A DNA stretch of 62,409 bases, counting the filler, from Squatina squatina (lineage: Eukaryota), in the NCBI GenBank assembly GCA_031763465.1. It is 4 parts of 3 records of this genome, joined end to end, with 100 filler letters (N's around TTAATTAATTAA, not from the genome) between each part and the next. Parts side by side here need not be neighbours in the genome. Positions count along the whole stretch, not along the records: positions 13,172 to 29,136 come from JARFOE010000016.1; 3 more parts are not named here. One strand, 5' to 3'. Under the pieces are notes generated by a model, which was not told where the DNA came from, searched no databases, and saw nothing but the letters and a program-made list of their open reading frames with translations. The translations under genes and the position numbers were made by a program. Below are positions 13,860-27,234 of the stretch, one piece after another. Every line of letters begins with the position of its first letter. The first letter of the stretch is position 1.

Positions 13860-14217
13860 TAAGCATTTGCGCACTAATATCTTACAGTGTTATTTTAAGG
13901 TCCATATTTTCTTTAGCAGTAAGGTCAGGGTAGTAGAGTTACTGCAAGTAATTAGCCTGCAGATAGTTAACTTGAAATTATTTATTTGCATTCTTACCTA
14001 ATCAGATAGGATGTGGGACATTTTCTAAGACATGGGCAATAGATTATAAATGCTATAGCAACAGTTGTCTTGGGGTTTACGTATGAAAGCAAATTTAATC
14101 CCTCTCTGGACTTGTACAGGCAGATGTGGTTAGTGCAAACCAACTCAACTCACTGCGCCTTTATAATGCCTCACTCATCACTCTACATGGATAATAAATC
14201 CCACTGGGGAATCTTAC

Positions 14218-14325
14218 CTGTAACGTCTGGCTGAATCGTTTCAGAGGTGTGGCCTTCACAGGAGGAATGAGATTAGCTAAAGATGTTACTCGGGAAAGAG
14301 GTTTCACCCGCTTGTTACTGGGTTC
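14218..14325 (-). CDS. ARHGEF3: Rho guanine nucleotide exchange factor 3 (XPLN) internal exon, 108 bp, phase 0-0
   Basis: Not in the ORF track. Acceptor ttttgtttttAG and donor CAG|GTAAGA. Encodes EPSNKRVKPLSRVTSLANLIPPVKATPLKRFSQTLQ, matching the recalled ARHGEF3 sequence (NET1 has RVRPLARVTSLANLISPV). Confidence 0.93.
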
Positions 14326-17300
14326 CTAAAAACAAAAACAAAGTGAGAACGTGTCAAAATAATTCTGCATTTGTTCCAGCCAATGAATTGTTGGGATAAA
14401 CCAAGCACGATGATACTTGTGCCAGTGAGGCTGAACAGATTCAGTGAGGAGATGTTTATCGTTTCTCATGACTGGCTACAGAATAGATCTTTTATCCTGG
14501 CACATTTATCGTTCTACATTGGAAAATTCATGTTCACATAATAATGTGCTGGTGTCCCCAGAGTAAATTTACACTAATCAATAGCCAGCAGTCTGGATAA
14601 CAAACAGCTCTGCTGTGCATAAGAATTAAGAGACAAAAGCAATATACACTCAAACATACTCACATCAATATGCTAATTTAATACACTCCCATGATTTTAA
14701 AAAAATATCAGCCTCTAATAGGTAGGAAAGCTGCAGGCATTGCAAGGAGGTTAAATTCTCCCAGTTGNNNNTATACCTTGTATTCTTTAATCTCCATTCC
14801 CCAAGCTGTAGAAGAAACAGGTCCAGTAGACAAAATCCCAGCAAATTATGAGCCAAAACCTCCATAAAGTACCCCAGAATAAACATCTCTGTATCTGAAT
14901 CGATTCCCTCAGAAAATTCAGCTTCTTCACCTCAGACCTGTGAGGCAAATAAATCTCTGTAGATGCTCTGGGGTTTCAATGCATGCAAGCAGTCCTTCTA
15001 GAAGAATCATTCTCCGATTGCAGTCCTATATTTGGCAGTGTGCTGCAGCATCCACAATTAGGCAGCGATCGACACAGCACAATGCAGCTGCTTTAGTAGA
15101 ATTCCAAGCAACGTGCCTCTCTTCCGTCACCCCTCCCGGGACCATCTGTCTCAATATTATGATGTCTACAGGATCAGTAAACACTTCCCTTTCCATTCCA
15201 CCTTATTGGAGATGGCACTTAAAGGCAGTTTACAATCTTTTCAGACATGCATAGCTTCACCTTTGAACTTCAAAAAGACACCAGAGCCTAATTAACAAAC
15301 ATTCATCTTCAGAAACATTTCTCAGCAAAATAATCCAGAAAATCTTGCCATATTTCCCTCAAACACCAGATACCTTATGCAATGTACCAGCTTTGACTAC
15401 CCGTGTCTCCCAAAGCCTCGTCCTCAATTACCATCTCCTTGATTTCAGCACTCAGGCCTTCTGACGTCAATGCAGTTGCATTCATATTCTGATCAAACCT
15501 TCTATTCAAGCACCTGAATAATCCTCCTATGGCAACACACCTTGCTTAACAACGTGTGCTTCCAGTTGACAGAACAGTAGCTAATAGCCAGGCTTGCAGA
15601 ATGGTACCCAGACACACAGACTACAATATACATCTTTACAATGCTCCTCAGGCAAATGTGCACACTTACATTTTTAATAGCATAAATGATTCTAGCACCT
15701 CATTTTTAGAACATTTGCTCAGTGACTTTCATGTCTGGAAACTCAAGTTTCCAGACATGTTACAGCAAGGTTACCTCTACTTAAANNNNNNNNNNNNNNN
15801 NNNNNNNNNNNNNNNNNNNNNNNNNNNNNNNNNNNNNNNNNNNNNNNNNNNNNNNNNNNNNNNNNNNNNNNNNNNNNNNNNNNNNTTAGAACATTCTTGC
15901 CTATAACAGTATTGTGAAACTTCCTACCTTTGAAAAAAAATGCCAGTAATTAGAATTTAATTGAGGTGCATTGAAGGTGTACTCTAATACCTTAGCTGCT
16001 GAATGGCCAAATCTAACAAATGATAAAAAGAATAATGGCCAAGATGGAACAAAAAGGTCAAAAGATTTTACAGTGTTTCGTTTTCGGTTAAACTATCTGC
16101 CACTCTTTCGATAATTTTGAGTTTGTATTTTTTTGGGGGACACTAAGGGAATAAGGGATCTGGGAATAGGGCGGGAATGTGGAGTTGAGGTAGAAGATCA
16201 GCCATGATCTTATTGAATGGAGGAACAGGCTCAAGAAGCCACATGGCCTACTCCTGCTCCTATTTCCTATATTGTTATGCGCTTGGTCAGGACAAATGTG
16301 TTAGAACATGAGCATGAAAGAGCACATACAACCTCTCTCTATCAGCATCATCCCATCACACAAGATATTTTTAAACTGGAAGAGAAATACACAATATTAA
16401 TTCCAAACATTGTTCCACCATCTTCTTGATGCTTTTGTCCTTCAGGATTCTTCAATACACTGCTTCCATGTGGTTTAGGGGGAGAACAGTTGTCAGGCTC
16501 TGTTACATCTACCTCTCAATATTCTGTATTGACCATTTCCTCATTGAGCTTTGTTATGCAAGATAAACTACAGTCTTTATAATAGCAGACCATCACCACA
16601 CAGAGCTTCAGTGAAAATTAAGTCTGATCTCTGACTATTAATTGATCAAGGAGAAAGAACAAGGCAAGACACTTTCTCCATTGTCTGCTTTAGACTGAAT
16701 CAGTGACCTGAATCAATCTATAAGAGGACTGCAACACTCAGACCTGAACAATCACAATGGATTCTCTTATGTTGTTCCTGCTCTTATTTGGTTGCATTAG
16801 CATTGTCCCCATAGCTGTAATCCTTTGACTGAGGCCATAGAAGAATGAATGAGGATGGGTGGCTGGCACAGTTCATACAATGGTCCAGCAGGGTATTGCA
16901 ATCAACCTGTCTGGCCTCAGCATTTTCAGAGATGCAACTAATCCTGACAAAGACATGTAAAGCCTGGCAACTAAAATAATATGGAACATGGCCAAGAAAT
17001 CAAGCATTATGTTTAATTTCTATTGTCCCTATTGTCAAATTTTACCTGATTGCCACTGTCAGTAGAAGCACAGGTATGGGCTTCCAGTGACTAATGCAGT
17101 TTTAAAATTTTTTACAGGAGTCCAATGAACTTGTGTTAATTAGACTCATCAGTGACTCACAGAGCACAGCCTATGTTTGTATGGACAATTATTTTGAGTT
17201 TCAGGATTTCTTTCCTTTCTTTATGCTGATAGCTAACTAGCATACTCTTACAGGTAATAATTTTGTTGTAATTTTCAGTATTCAGTGACTAGAAGGAAGG

Positions 17301-17844
17301 ATTTTGTTCTATCCTTTTACTGTATACAGAGGCATGAAGGATAGGCCATAAAACACACGGCAATAGTAGCAAAGAGAGACTCATTGCTGGAGGTTGGGGT
17401 ACAAAATTAGTACAGGGAGGAGCAGGATAATCATGAGTGACCAACTTGGCACCAATATGGCGAGCAGAGCCAGACTTTCATTGTTGGAAAAGCAACAGGG
17501 GTTGGAGGTACTGGAGTTCCACAATTGCTTTACTTACTTTATTCTTCTCCTAGACCATGTCTTTTAAAAGAGAAAGTGCGTGCAAGATCTGCTGTATTGG
17601 ATTCCCACTTACTGGGAGTGGACTAACAATCCTCATGCAGGATAGGGAAGATACTACCAGGCTGGATATAACAAAGGTGCACATTGATATATAGGTTTCA
17701 GAGCTGTAAGGCATAACAATTATACACATAGCATCACCCTAATTACCACTCTATCTATGCCAGTTACTGAACTGCAACATGCAGAATAATACAAAGTTTT
17801 AAAGAAACTCTATTTCCACTGCCTCTCCCAGTAAATGAGAAAAC

Positions 17845-18125
17845 AATAACTTGCATATATAGAACACCTTTAGCATAAAATAAAGTCTCAAGGTACTTCA
17901 CAAAGATGTAATAAAAAAAATGAATGCTGAGCCAAAGAATGAGTCATTAGGTGAGGGCACCAAAAGCTTCTTTGAAGAGATGGGTTTAAAAGGTGGTCTT
18001 AAAAGGAGAGGGAGGTGGACAGGTGAAGTTTAGGGAGAGAAATCAAGAACGTGAGGGCTCGGTGGCTGAATGCATGGTCTCCAATGTAGGGAGGAGAGGT
18101 TCCACAGGAGGCGAGAGGAAGAGAG
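17845..18125 (-). mobile_element. L2 LINE 3' end, degenerate
   Basis: Begins acaataacttgcatatatag (reverse of the L2 tail) and contains caccaaaagctt...gaaga, as in the other L2 copies. Confidence 0.6.
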
Positions 18126-18498
18126 NNNNNNNNNGTACATTCAAAACAGAGATTGATAGATTTCTAGATATTAAAGGCATCAAGGGATATGGGGATAGAG
18201 CAGGAAAATGGCAATGAGGTAGGAGATCAGCCATGATCATGTTGAATGGTGGAGCAGGCTCGAGGGGCCAAATGGCCTACTCCTGCTCCTATTTCTTATG
18301 TTCCTCTTCACTGATTCCTGTACTCACCAAATTCTCCCAATCTGCTTCCGATTCACTCCGCTTGTGTTCACCCAGCTCTTTCTCCAAGCTTTGTGTTCAG
18401 GGTCTGCTGAAAGATACAGATGAAAAGTACAAAAGTTGAGTTCTTTCAAAAATGTAAATTGTCTTTCAGCATCAATAACTAACTTCTCTATCTTGCAG

Positions 18499-18561
18499 GG
18501 CTATCTGGTGCTATTCTGAAAGCAGCCGGCCAATCAGTAGAGGATGAATTAAATCAACTGG
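18499..18561 (+). CDS. Putative 63-bp exon encoding part of a macrodomain (PARP14/PARP15-like)
   Basis: Strong acceptor cttctctatcttgcAG and donor G|GTGAGT, phase 1-1. Encodes (G)LSGAILKAAGQSVEDELNQL(G), resembling the macrodomain helix GVSKAILECAGQNVEREC of PARP14. Confidence 0.65.
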
Positions 18562-21500
18562 GTGAGTAATTTTATGGCATCTGCCTCTTGATGCGGGTAA
18601 AGGCAAGCTCTGAATGAAACATATTTTGCAGTAAGAATAATGGTTTGGCATTATCAGAAGATAGTGGGCTCAAAGGTAAAGCTAGGACCAGCCTCAAAGT
18701 TCAGACGAGGACATTTAAAATTAATTTTCGATGAGCAAAATCAATATTATAAAATTTTCTTTAAACACAGAAGACCTAGTTAAATTAATGGTCTGAATAT
18801 AATATAGTCTAGTACTTAAAATATGTAATTCAACTGGCTCTATCTTTAGGGATTTTTTGAAAGTAGATTTTTTTTTAGTTCTGACCACATTCACTATTTC
18901 TACAGCTGCACATCTGTGAAGACTAAACTACCTTCTAATTTACAGCTGTCGTCAAGGTCGGTCATTGAACTGGCTATTAAAATCAACAAATTCTACTTTA
19001 AAAAGTTTGGATATGCTATTTATTGAAATATTCCAGATAACCAAAACTATTCTGCATTTTCATGGCAAGGAAACGTGTGAGGTGTAATACTTTGCATGGA
19101 ACCAGCAGCTCAGCCAGTACCAAATTAAAAGCAACATTGTTGTATTCATTTGTAAGGCAAGACCCAGTAAGAATTATTCCTGATCTGGGCTATCAAAGAT
19201 AAGATCGGAATTGCATGCCACTCATCAGCTAAAGATTAATAACTTACAAATACAAATGTCTTCAAGATTACATACAGTAAGGCACCTCTTCTGCATCAAA
19301 GTCTGCCTGTCTCCTCTGATTAGGTGCTAGTCAACCGCTCAAGACAATAACACACTTGAATTTTTTTTTTACAAAAAGACTTCGCATTTAGCTAGAGGCC
19401 CATTATGTACAGTGCATGTCAAATGCTTCCTGCTACAAGACCAACAGGATTGAGAAGCTGGATTCAAGCATTCCCAAAGCTTTAAATCTGGTTGGTATTA
19501 AATTACCTCAGAGACAGATGAGTCTTTGTGCCATGCACACTAGCATTTCTTTGGAGTGATGCACCGCAACCTGAATCACTTTTACCTGCACACACCCAAG
19601 AGGAAGACCTTCCTCAACTTGAAATTATTGGTGAGTTATTAGTCACTAACCTGTACTGAGGTGTACTAAATAGTACCCCTTTGACAAGTGGAACTGTTCT
19701 GGAATTCTTTACAGAATACAAACACACACACACATATATTATATATATATATATATAGACTTCCTAGGAGTTAATTAGTACTTGATATGGCACTAAACCA
19801 CACAGATCAGAAGATTCCTGCACACATTACAACCTCGAAAACTAGCAAAAGGTGACTAAGAGCTTCAGAAAAGCAGTCAACTCAAAAAGACAGCCATGAG
19901 TATAGGCTTGATGATGTATGATGGTAAGGGATTGCACTGTAAATGCAGTGGGACATCGGCAGGCTGTAACTGAAGTACATCCAACATTTGGTCACTTTTG
20001 TTGTAGATACACAACAGTGCAGTTTGCAGCAATGGCGAATTTAAAAATTGCTGAAGGTGTGAAATTTATTTTCTGGGAGGAACTGGAGCGTTCCTCCAAC
20101 ACCTTTTATAAATTTTCCACCATTTTGGAGCCTGCTGCAATTCTTCCTTTCAAACCAAGTTGCTCAAGGAAGGATAAATTTGAAATAAATGGGTCAATGC
20201 ATTCTATTAAAATGGACAGAGAAATATGAATGAATCAAGCATTCACATGCTATCAACAGTAACTTCTAGCTCTTTTGAAAATGTTGAAAAGGCTTATTTT
20301 CTTACACACTGCAGTCATTAAAGAAAGGGCGCGTTTAGTTGTAACAGCTCTGATGATAAGTCCCAATTGCTGATTGGTCCCCTTGGAGGATANNNNNNNN
20401 NNNNNNNNNNNNNNNNNNNNNNNNNNNNNNNNNNNNNNNNNNNNNNNNNNNNNNNNNNNNNNNNNNNNNNNNNNNNNNNNNNNNNNNNNNNNNNNNNNNN
20501 NNNNNNNNNNNNNNNNNNNNNNNNNNNNNNNNNNNNNNNNNNNNNNNNNNNNNNNNNNNNNNNNNNNNNNNNNNNNNNNNNNNNNNNNNNNNNNNNNNNN
20601 NNNNNNNNNNNNNNNNNNNNNNNNNNNNNNNNNNNNNNNNNNNNNNNNNNNNNNNNNNNNNNNNNNNNNNNNNNNNNNNNNNNNNNNNNNNNNNNNNNNN
20701 NNNNNNNNNNNNNNNNNNNNNNNNNNNNNNNNNNNNNNNNNNNNNNNNNNNNNNNNNNNNNNNNNNNNNNNNNNNNNNNNNNNNNNNNNNNNNNNNNNNN
20801 NNNNNNNNNNNNNNNNNNNNNNNNNNNNNNNNNNNNNNNNNNNNNNNNNNNNNNNNNNNNNNNNNNNNNNNNNNNNNNNNNNNNNNNNNNNNNNNNNNNN
20901 NNNNNNNNNNNNNNNNNNNNNNNNNNNNNNNNNNNNNNNNNNNNNNNNNNNNNNNNNNNNNNNNNNNNATGTTGGAAGCTATGTGTTCACCGCCTGCAGC
21001 TCCTTCCCTAATTAGATGTGGCCAAGAGATAACTGTACTAGCTGGGCTATCATTTCTCTGTTCCGATTCACTTCACACCTGTTTCTAAAGCATTTCAGAA
21101 AGTACAGACCACGATGGAAGCTAACAGCCCCTCTCCACCGCAGCCACTACTGTTGACCGACAGCACAAGGACTGGGTCCAGCAGGCCAGGACAACCCAAG
21201 GCCAAAGGCCAAGTGACCACTTTGTGTTTTAAACACACTACCCTGGGGTTTCCATCAGGGGCAGCACTTGGTGGGGGGAGCCAGAGGCTGGCACTGTGTC
21301 GTGGCTCTAACCTCAATAATACCTTTAGATTCGTGGATGTTGGCTCGAGTTGGGGACGGAGTTCTTGGCAACTGCTGGAATTCTGATGTGTTGCGTCCTT
21401 GATATAATGGCAGCACTGTATGCTTTTAAAAACTGGAACAAAATAAAATCCTTCAGGCATGCAGCCAGCAGCAATCTCTTTGAGCTGTCCTGGCTGGCCT

Positions 21501-24500
21501 TTGCTGTGATTCATGAGTGCTTGTTTTTTGGTGCTGTTTTGCCTACTTGGACATTGCATTTTGGGTGTCACAGATTTTTTTTTGTGGTTTGTATCATGTT
21601 GATTCCCCCTACTATTCAAGGCAGACTACCTGAAACAAGGAACAACACTCTATGGCTAGCATAGGCCTTCCCTTGGGAATGCACTTAGCCTCATGGAGAG
21701 AGAGGGTGAGAGGAGATTGTAGGAATATTGATATGTTTTCACATTACTTTTAATTCGAACAAATACAGAACAGTACTGTAGAAAGAATTGGTTTAAGTCA
21801 TGTCCTCAAAAAGGTTGCCTTTTCCCCTCAGTAATGTTAGGGCACCCAATTGGTCTGCCCTAAGTTTGAGGCGCTATGGGACCAAAATCTGTCATTTTAG
21901 CGCCCGTTTAGGACCATTCTGCTAAGATACAGAATTGGGCTCTTAGGCAAATTTATTTGGGCAGCTTAAAAACTGGCACTAGCGGCACTTAGCTTCTTTC
22001 AGCAGGCCAATTCTGTAATCGATCTGAGGAGCTGATATCATGTGTCAGGCCACCTCAGCCCTTAAAGGGGATCGTTCTGCAGACACAAGCACTGCTTAGG
22101 TCACTCCGAGCATCGATCGTTGGTGGGTGAGGAGGGTTTGTCTTGTCAACTGCTGTGCTTGGCAGACATAACCGATGGCATCCTGCACCCTCGGGAAGAC
22201 GGCTATGTTGGCAATGCCCACGCTCTGTCTTGATGACCTGGCGTCTGAGAACTCGCTGCTCATACCTCATTTGATCTAAACTTCCTGTCTGACCTCTCGG
22301 AGGATGCTGAAGGGCTGTGGCGTGTGCCACCAGTGATGTCGCTGGCTGTGGCAAGTGAAGGGGTCGCTGGGCGTGCTGATGATGGCCAGCTGGTAATGCC
22401 AGCTGCCTGGCATCTTCTTGGTGTGCCCTCATCGCACTCACTTCCAAAAGGAGGCAATCCTTTGACATCACCTACCTCATGTGGTGTCGGTGGAGATGCT
22501 ACGGCAACATTGGTAAGGCCCCCATGGCCGATTAGTCAAATTAGCAAACCTCAAACCTAACCATGTTAAACATCCTTTAAATTTAAGAAAGAGACTTTTG
22601 CACTCTTACAACTCCCTACAACCTCATTAAAAATAAGAGAAAAAAAAGTGCTTCTCCAAAATAAATTAATCATCATGAGAAAACAGCAGTTATCAATTTT
22701 TAAATTGCAATTAAACTTGTCAAACACATCTTGCCCAAACTGGCAAGATGATGAGATGAAACACGTTTACGTTTGAATAACCAAAGTCAAAACAGAGCTA
22801 GTTGAAGACTTGAATATACTCAGACAGACAGAACTCTTTGTTAACCACACGGTAAGCTCTAATGCTGTTGCAGCATGCTGAAGCTAGAAGGCATCCTAGT
22901 CATGATTATTCACAGCATAAAATTCCAGACTGCCATATAACTCCTCCCCCACCCAAAAACACAGCTTGTGGGTTTGAATCAGCAGCAAATGCTTTAATGA
23001 CTGTTGTGTGGTTATGAACTGCACATAAAGCTCAACATTATTTTGTTAAAATTTCCTTTAAAAGCATTCAGTGCAAAAAATGCATTGAGTGATTCAAAAC
23101 AACCTGAATCAAAAGACAATTTAAGACAGACTTGATTTACACAGAACCTATTCACATCTCAAAGTATAATGAATTACTCGGAGGGCAAGTGGCTGTTATG
23201 TGTGCAATTGAATTATTCAGTGTCTCACTAAACAGTGCCTAAACCTCAACACTACTTGAGAATCCATGTAAAGGCAGATTGAATTTAACTGGAAGAACAT
23301 TAAAAGGCAAGTTGTAATAACGTTAATTAATTGCAAAGGTTTGAGAAGACAGCTTTTTAATACTTTTGGGATGATATTGTAGGTCTGCGAGGTTCTCAGG
23401 TAAACAGCTACAGCAACTTCAACTTCACCCCTTCAGGCTAAAATTCGACTGACTGGATGGGACAATTCAATTTACCACCAAAAATGTTCGTACTTAATCA
23501 AGGCCCTCTGCCTCGAAAGGAGCAAAACTTAAAATATATACAGCAACATATTAGCAAACAAATTTCCAACATTTGTAATTGATCAGAATTGGTCTTGTCA
23601 CTGTCCCTTCTTAGTGTAATAATCTTTCTCTGACAGCCTGACTTTTAAATCAGCTCAAGTACACACGGAGATCAGAGAGTAGATTTTGAATGAAACGGAC
23701 AAGTGGCTCATTGGCTAAAGGTTGGAGCTACCAATCAGCAGACACCGCCTTATAACAGGTACATTCCCCATTTAGGGTGCCAAGTCCTTAGAACCAATCT
23801 CAGCCGGCTTCAGCCAAAGAAAAATTATGTACTCTGCAGGTTTAAAATAAACATATTTGGGACCCATTAGATCTTTAAATACAACTAACACAGGGAGAGG
23901 AGAGTCGAGGTTGTCATCTCTGCAGCAGGCTTTGTGCGTGTAGTTATATTCTGCTTTAGCATTAAGAGCACAAGCCCATATGGAAACTGCACTGCAAAAG
24001 TCCACTCAAAATTCCGAACTTTTCCTGAGCCCAGGAGGGCTAGACAGTTTTCCCTCCCCCTCTGCAGGCTGCCAGTTCTAATCCTCAAAGGGGTTGCACA
24101 TTACTGTATAAACAAAGTACAAACCGCTGAGTGAAGCGGCCAGGATGGAAGTGGCAGACTTTGGAAATCAGAGAGGATTTCACATCAGCTGTTGTCTGGA
24201 TTGGAGACTTCAAAGACACGGAGGGACACTGAGCAGTTCTGCCTCTTAACAATGGGAACGAGAAACTCGGTCGATTTACTACAGCGCAGAGGANNNNNNN
24301 NNNNNNNNNNNNNNNNNNNNNNNNNNNNNNNNNNNNNNNNNNNNNNNNNNNNNNNNNNNNNNNNNNNNNNNNNNNNNNNNNNNNNNNNNNNNNTGTTCAG
24401 CGTTCTACCTCTTACATTTGTAGGAATGCTGGGTATTGACAAAAATGTAAGTCACTTTAAAAATAAGTTCTGTATGCTGTAACCCATTAGTGAATTAATT

Positions 24501-27119
24501 AAATTACTGAATTGCTGCAATATTTTCTGTCCCCAATTTAACAATGAACCCAATAAAATAATTTCTTTATTTAAATATGACATTCCATGAAATAGAGAAA
24601 TCTGGACATTTGTCATGTAATAGCTCTGCTGTTGCCTCTATTTGTTCATGTATAACATTTCTTCGTTGCATATAGGGTTTCAAACAATTTGTGGGTCATC
24701 TGCAACCCACAGGAATTTGTGGCTGACCCTCTACTCACCTAACCCATTTGTAGTCACCTGATTTTAGGCTATGGGTGTGGCCTACACACTCCCAACCCAC
24801 CCATTGTGGTCAGGCCTCGAGCCTAGGACTTGGGCCTACCTGTCAGACCTATTACTGGGAACTGAATTGTCATTACAGCCATTTCCTGTCTCCTCTCCAT
24901 TTCATTTAATTTCACTAGTAGTGGTTAGGCCTTGAGCCTACCATTTCAGGCCTCCCACATTGTGACTCGCAACCCCTCACTTCATAACTTCTGACCCCTA
25001 AACCACTGAAGTGTTTATTAAGCACTTAAATATTATACGATTGTATAGTATAATGAGTTTAAGTGTCTTGGCAAACTTGGATCCTCTTTTTAGCTCAAAT
25101 ATTAAAGAGGGTTTAGTTTTGGTTTCTCTTAAACCAGTTTAAGAGATGTAATGAAATCTGCCACAAGGCCACCATATACTTAAATGGATATTCTGTACAA
25201 GTATACAGAATTAAATCTTAAAATGCCTAAGAAAACTGAGAGCCTTTTATATACGTCAATGGAAAAGCTTTAATACATGTTTAAAACTTACCTGGCATGT
25301 CACTGTGGGTGACATGATGACATCTGTCTCGGGGAACTACGCTTAAAGTGATATAGTATTAACTAAATGCCTTAGCAAACCAAAGCCTTTTAAAACTTAG
25401 ATAATCTACTTATGAAGCTTTAGTTTCTTTAATTTACCCTTGATGCCAGTGTAGGTACTGACCTGCCACAGGGGGAGCATTTATGTGGTCAATGGGATGA
25501 CAAAGCAGTACATCCTCTGAACCATCATGAGCAATGCCTTTAAGGAGATCTGCCACTGGTTAAAACCAACAAAAAATGAAGATGCTGAGACAAGTTTCAG
25601 TAACTGCTTGTTGTAAAGCTTTAGTGACCTCAAAATCTTCACTCGCTAAGCAGCAAGGAGATCACTTTATGTAGATTTGTGTGGTCGTTGAAAGCATGAA
25701 ACTTCTGATTGACCTGGAGACTTTAAAAAGTGCACAGTTATAGCCATACTATAAAAATTCTTAATTTAATTTGCTTACGTACTCAAAAAAAGATACAAGA
25801 TTGGTGATGTCTGCTCTGGTACACACAGGGAAATCAAATTTGTGATGTTAGTTCCTACTGTCTCAATGATGACAGACCCAGGAATCAGCAACACAAAGTT
25901 GAGATTATCCTGATAAACAGTTATCATTAGATAAAGGCAACTGAGAAAATGCTGATCTCTTACATAAATCAAAATAGTACTTCAGGCAAAGCAGCTATGT
26001 GGCATCCTATAATAGCTGTGACTCTTGCAGATTGGAGTGTTCGGTCTCCATTTAATAAAACAATCTATGCAAATCAAATCGCAACAACTGACATCACCAT
26101 CTGACAAGGGATTTTTCTTGTCTCCAACCTGTATCATGCTGTTCCTGTAACCGCTGATGCTGCAGTGACTCCCAGCTGAGAACTCTGCAATTAGGCCCTC
26201 AGTAAAGTCAATGCTGTTAACTCAGAACTGAGCAGTTTGTACATTTAAAAATATAAATGTTAAGCAAAATACAGGTACTATGAAATGTTTCTCCAAAATA
26301 ATGATGCTCAGCTGTTTCAGTCTTTGCAAGTACTACAGACCTTAATCTTCTTGGTCACTAGGACAGTTCTACTGTGGATTTAAAAAACAGAAAAAAAAAC
26401 TTTAAAAATGAAAATGTACACACCTCACTCCATTCCCATATCAATAAAACTCTCCCTTTTGGTCAATGTGAAAATGATTAAATTAAGGGTAAGTGCAGCT
26501 CCCAAATGATTTGATATGAATTATAATTCACTGAACTACATGTAGATGAATTACTGATTAGATTATTCAAATTTGTATAATTTATGAATAAATATGAGCC
26601 TGAGTGGTTAAGGGCAAATAAATTAAAATTTCTTGGGTTTTCTTGAAGGCATTATAGTTAGAATGAGGAGCAGCTGGAGGTCTTCTAGCTTCACCCTTGC
26701 TAAAGAGGAAAGAAGCGCAGCAAATCATCTAATGGGCAATTTATATAGTGGTTCTCAAAAATTTATCCAAGAATTAAATACAACAAACTTAAGAATATGA
26801 AAAGTGCAGTATAAATGTCATAGCCAGCAGCGAGATACAAAATACCTTCATATAAGCTGAGCTTAAATGCAAACGGTCATGAGAACCTGATGAATTGGAT
26901 ATACCTCACAGCTAGCCATGGCTTATTCGTTACTTAAACGCTTTCTCAGTGGTTATTACTGACAAAATCATACTATTGGACTACACAAACCATTCGCCAT
27001 TCAGGCTCATGGGTTGAGAGCTTGTAGCTCACTTTTTCTGCCGAACCACACAGCCATCATCTATCTGTTTCTTACTTTACATCCTTATGCAGTGGCCTTT
27101 CATCTGACAGGTATCCCCT

Positions 27120-27234
27120 TTTTAGGCCGTTCCTCGGGGTCGAGGATGATTTGCTTCCACTCCAGTATTGTGGGTTCTGAGGTGACTAAATAGTCCTGTA
27201 CTGGATCCGCAAACTCTGCCACAGGTAGGGCAGG
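27120..27234 (-). mobile_element. RTE-clade LINE 3' end
   Basis: C-terminal zinc finger CPTCGRVCGSSTGLFSHLRTH followed by a short 3' UTR. Confidence 0.7.

Noticed and set aside
18328-18406. Minus-strand exon-like segment with a GTGAGT donor
   Set aside because: In-frame TGA in the phase compatible with ARHGEF3, and no recognisable homology.
21095-21619. 174-aa minus-strand ORF
   Set aside because: No recognisable domain or splice support; probably decayed repeat or chance.
24185-24293. VKRQNCS resembling the ARHGEF3 N-terminus VKRANCS
   Set aside because: No start codon or donor visible and an in-frame stop follows; probably chance.
25286-25296. U1 snRNA 5' end (ACTTACCTGG)
   Set aside because: Only the 10-nt complement of a splice donor; no U1 body follows.
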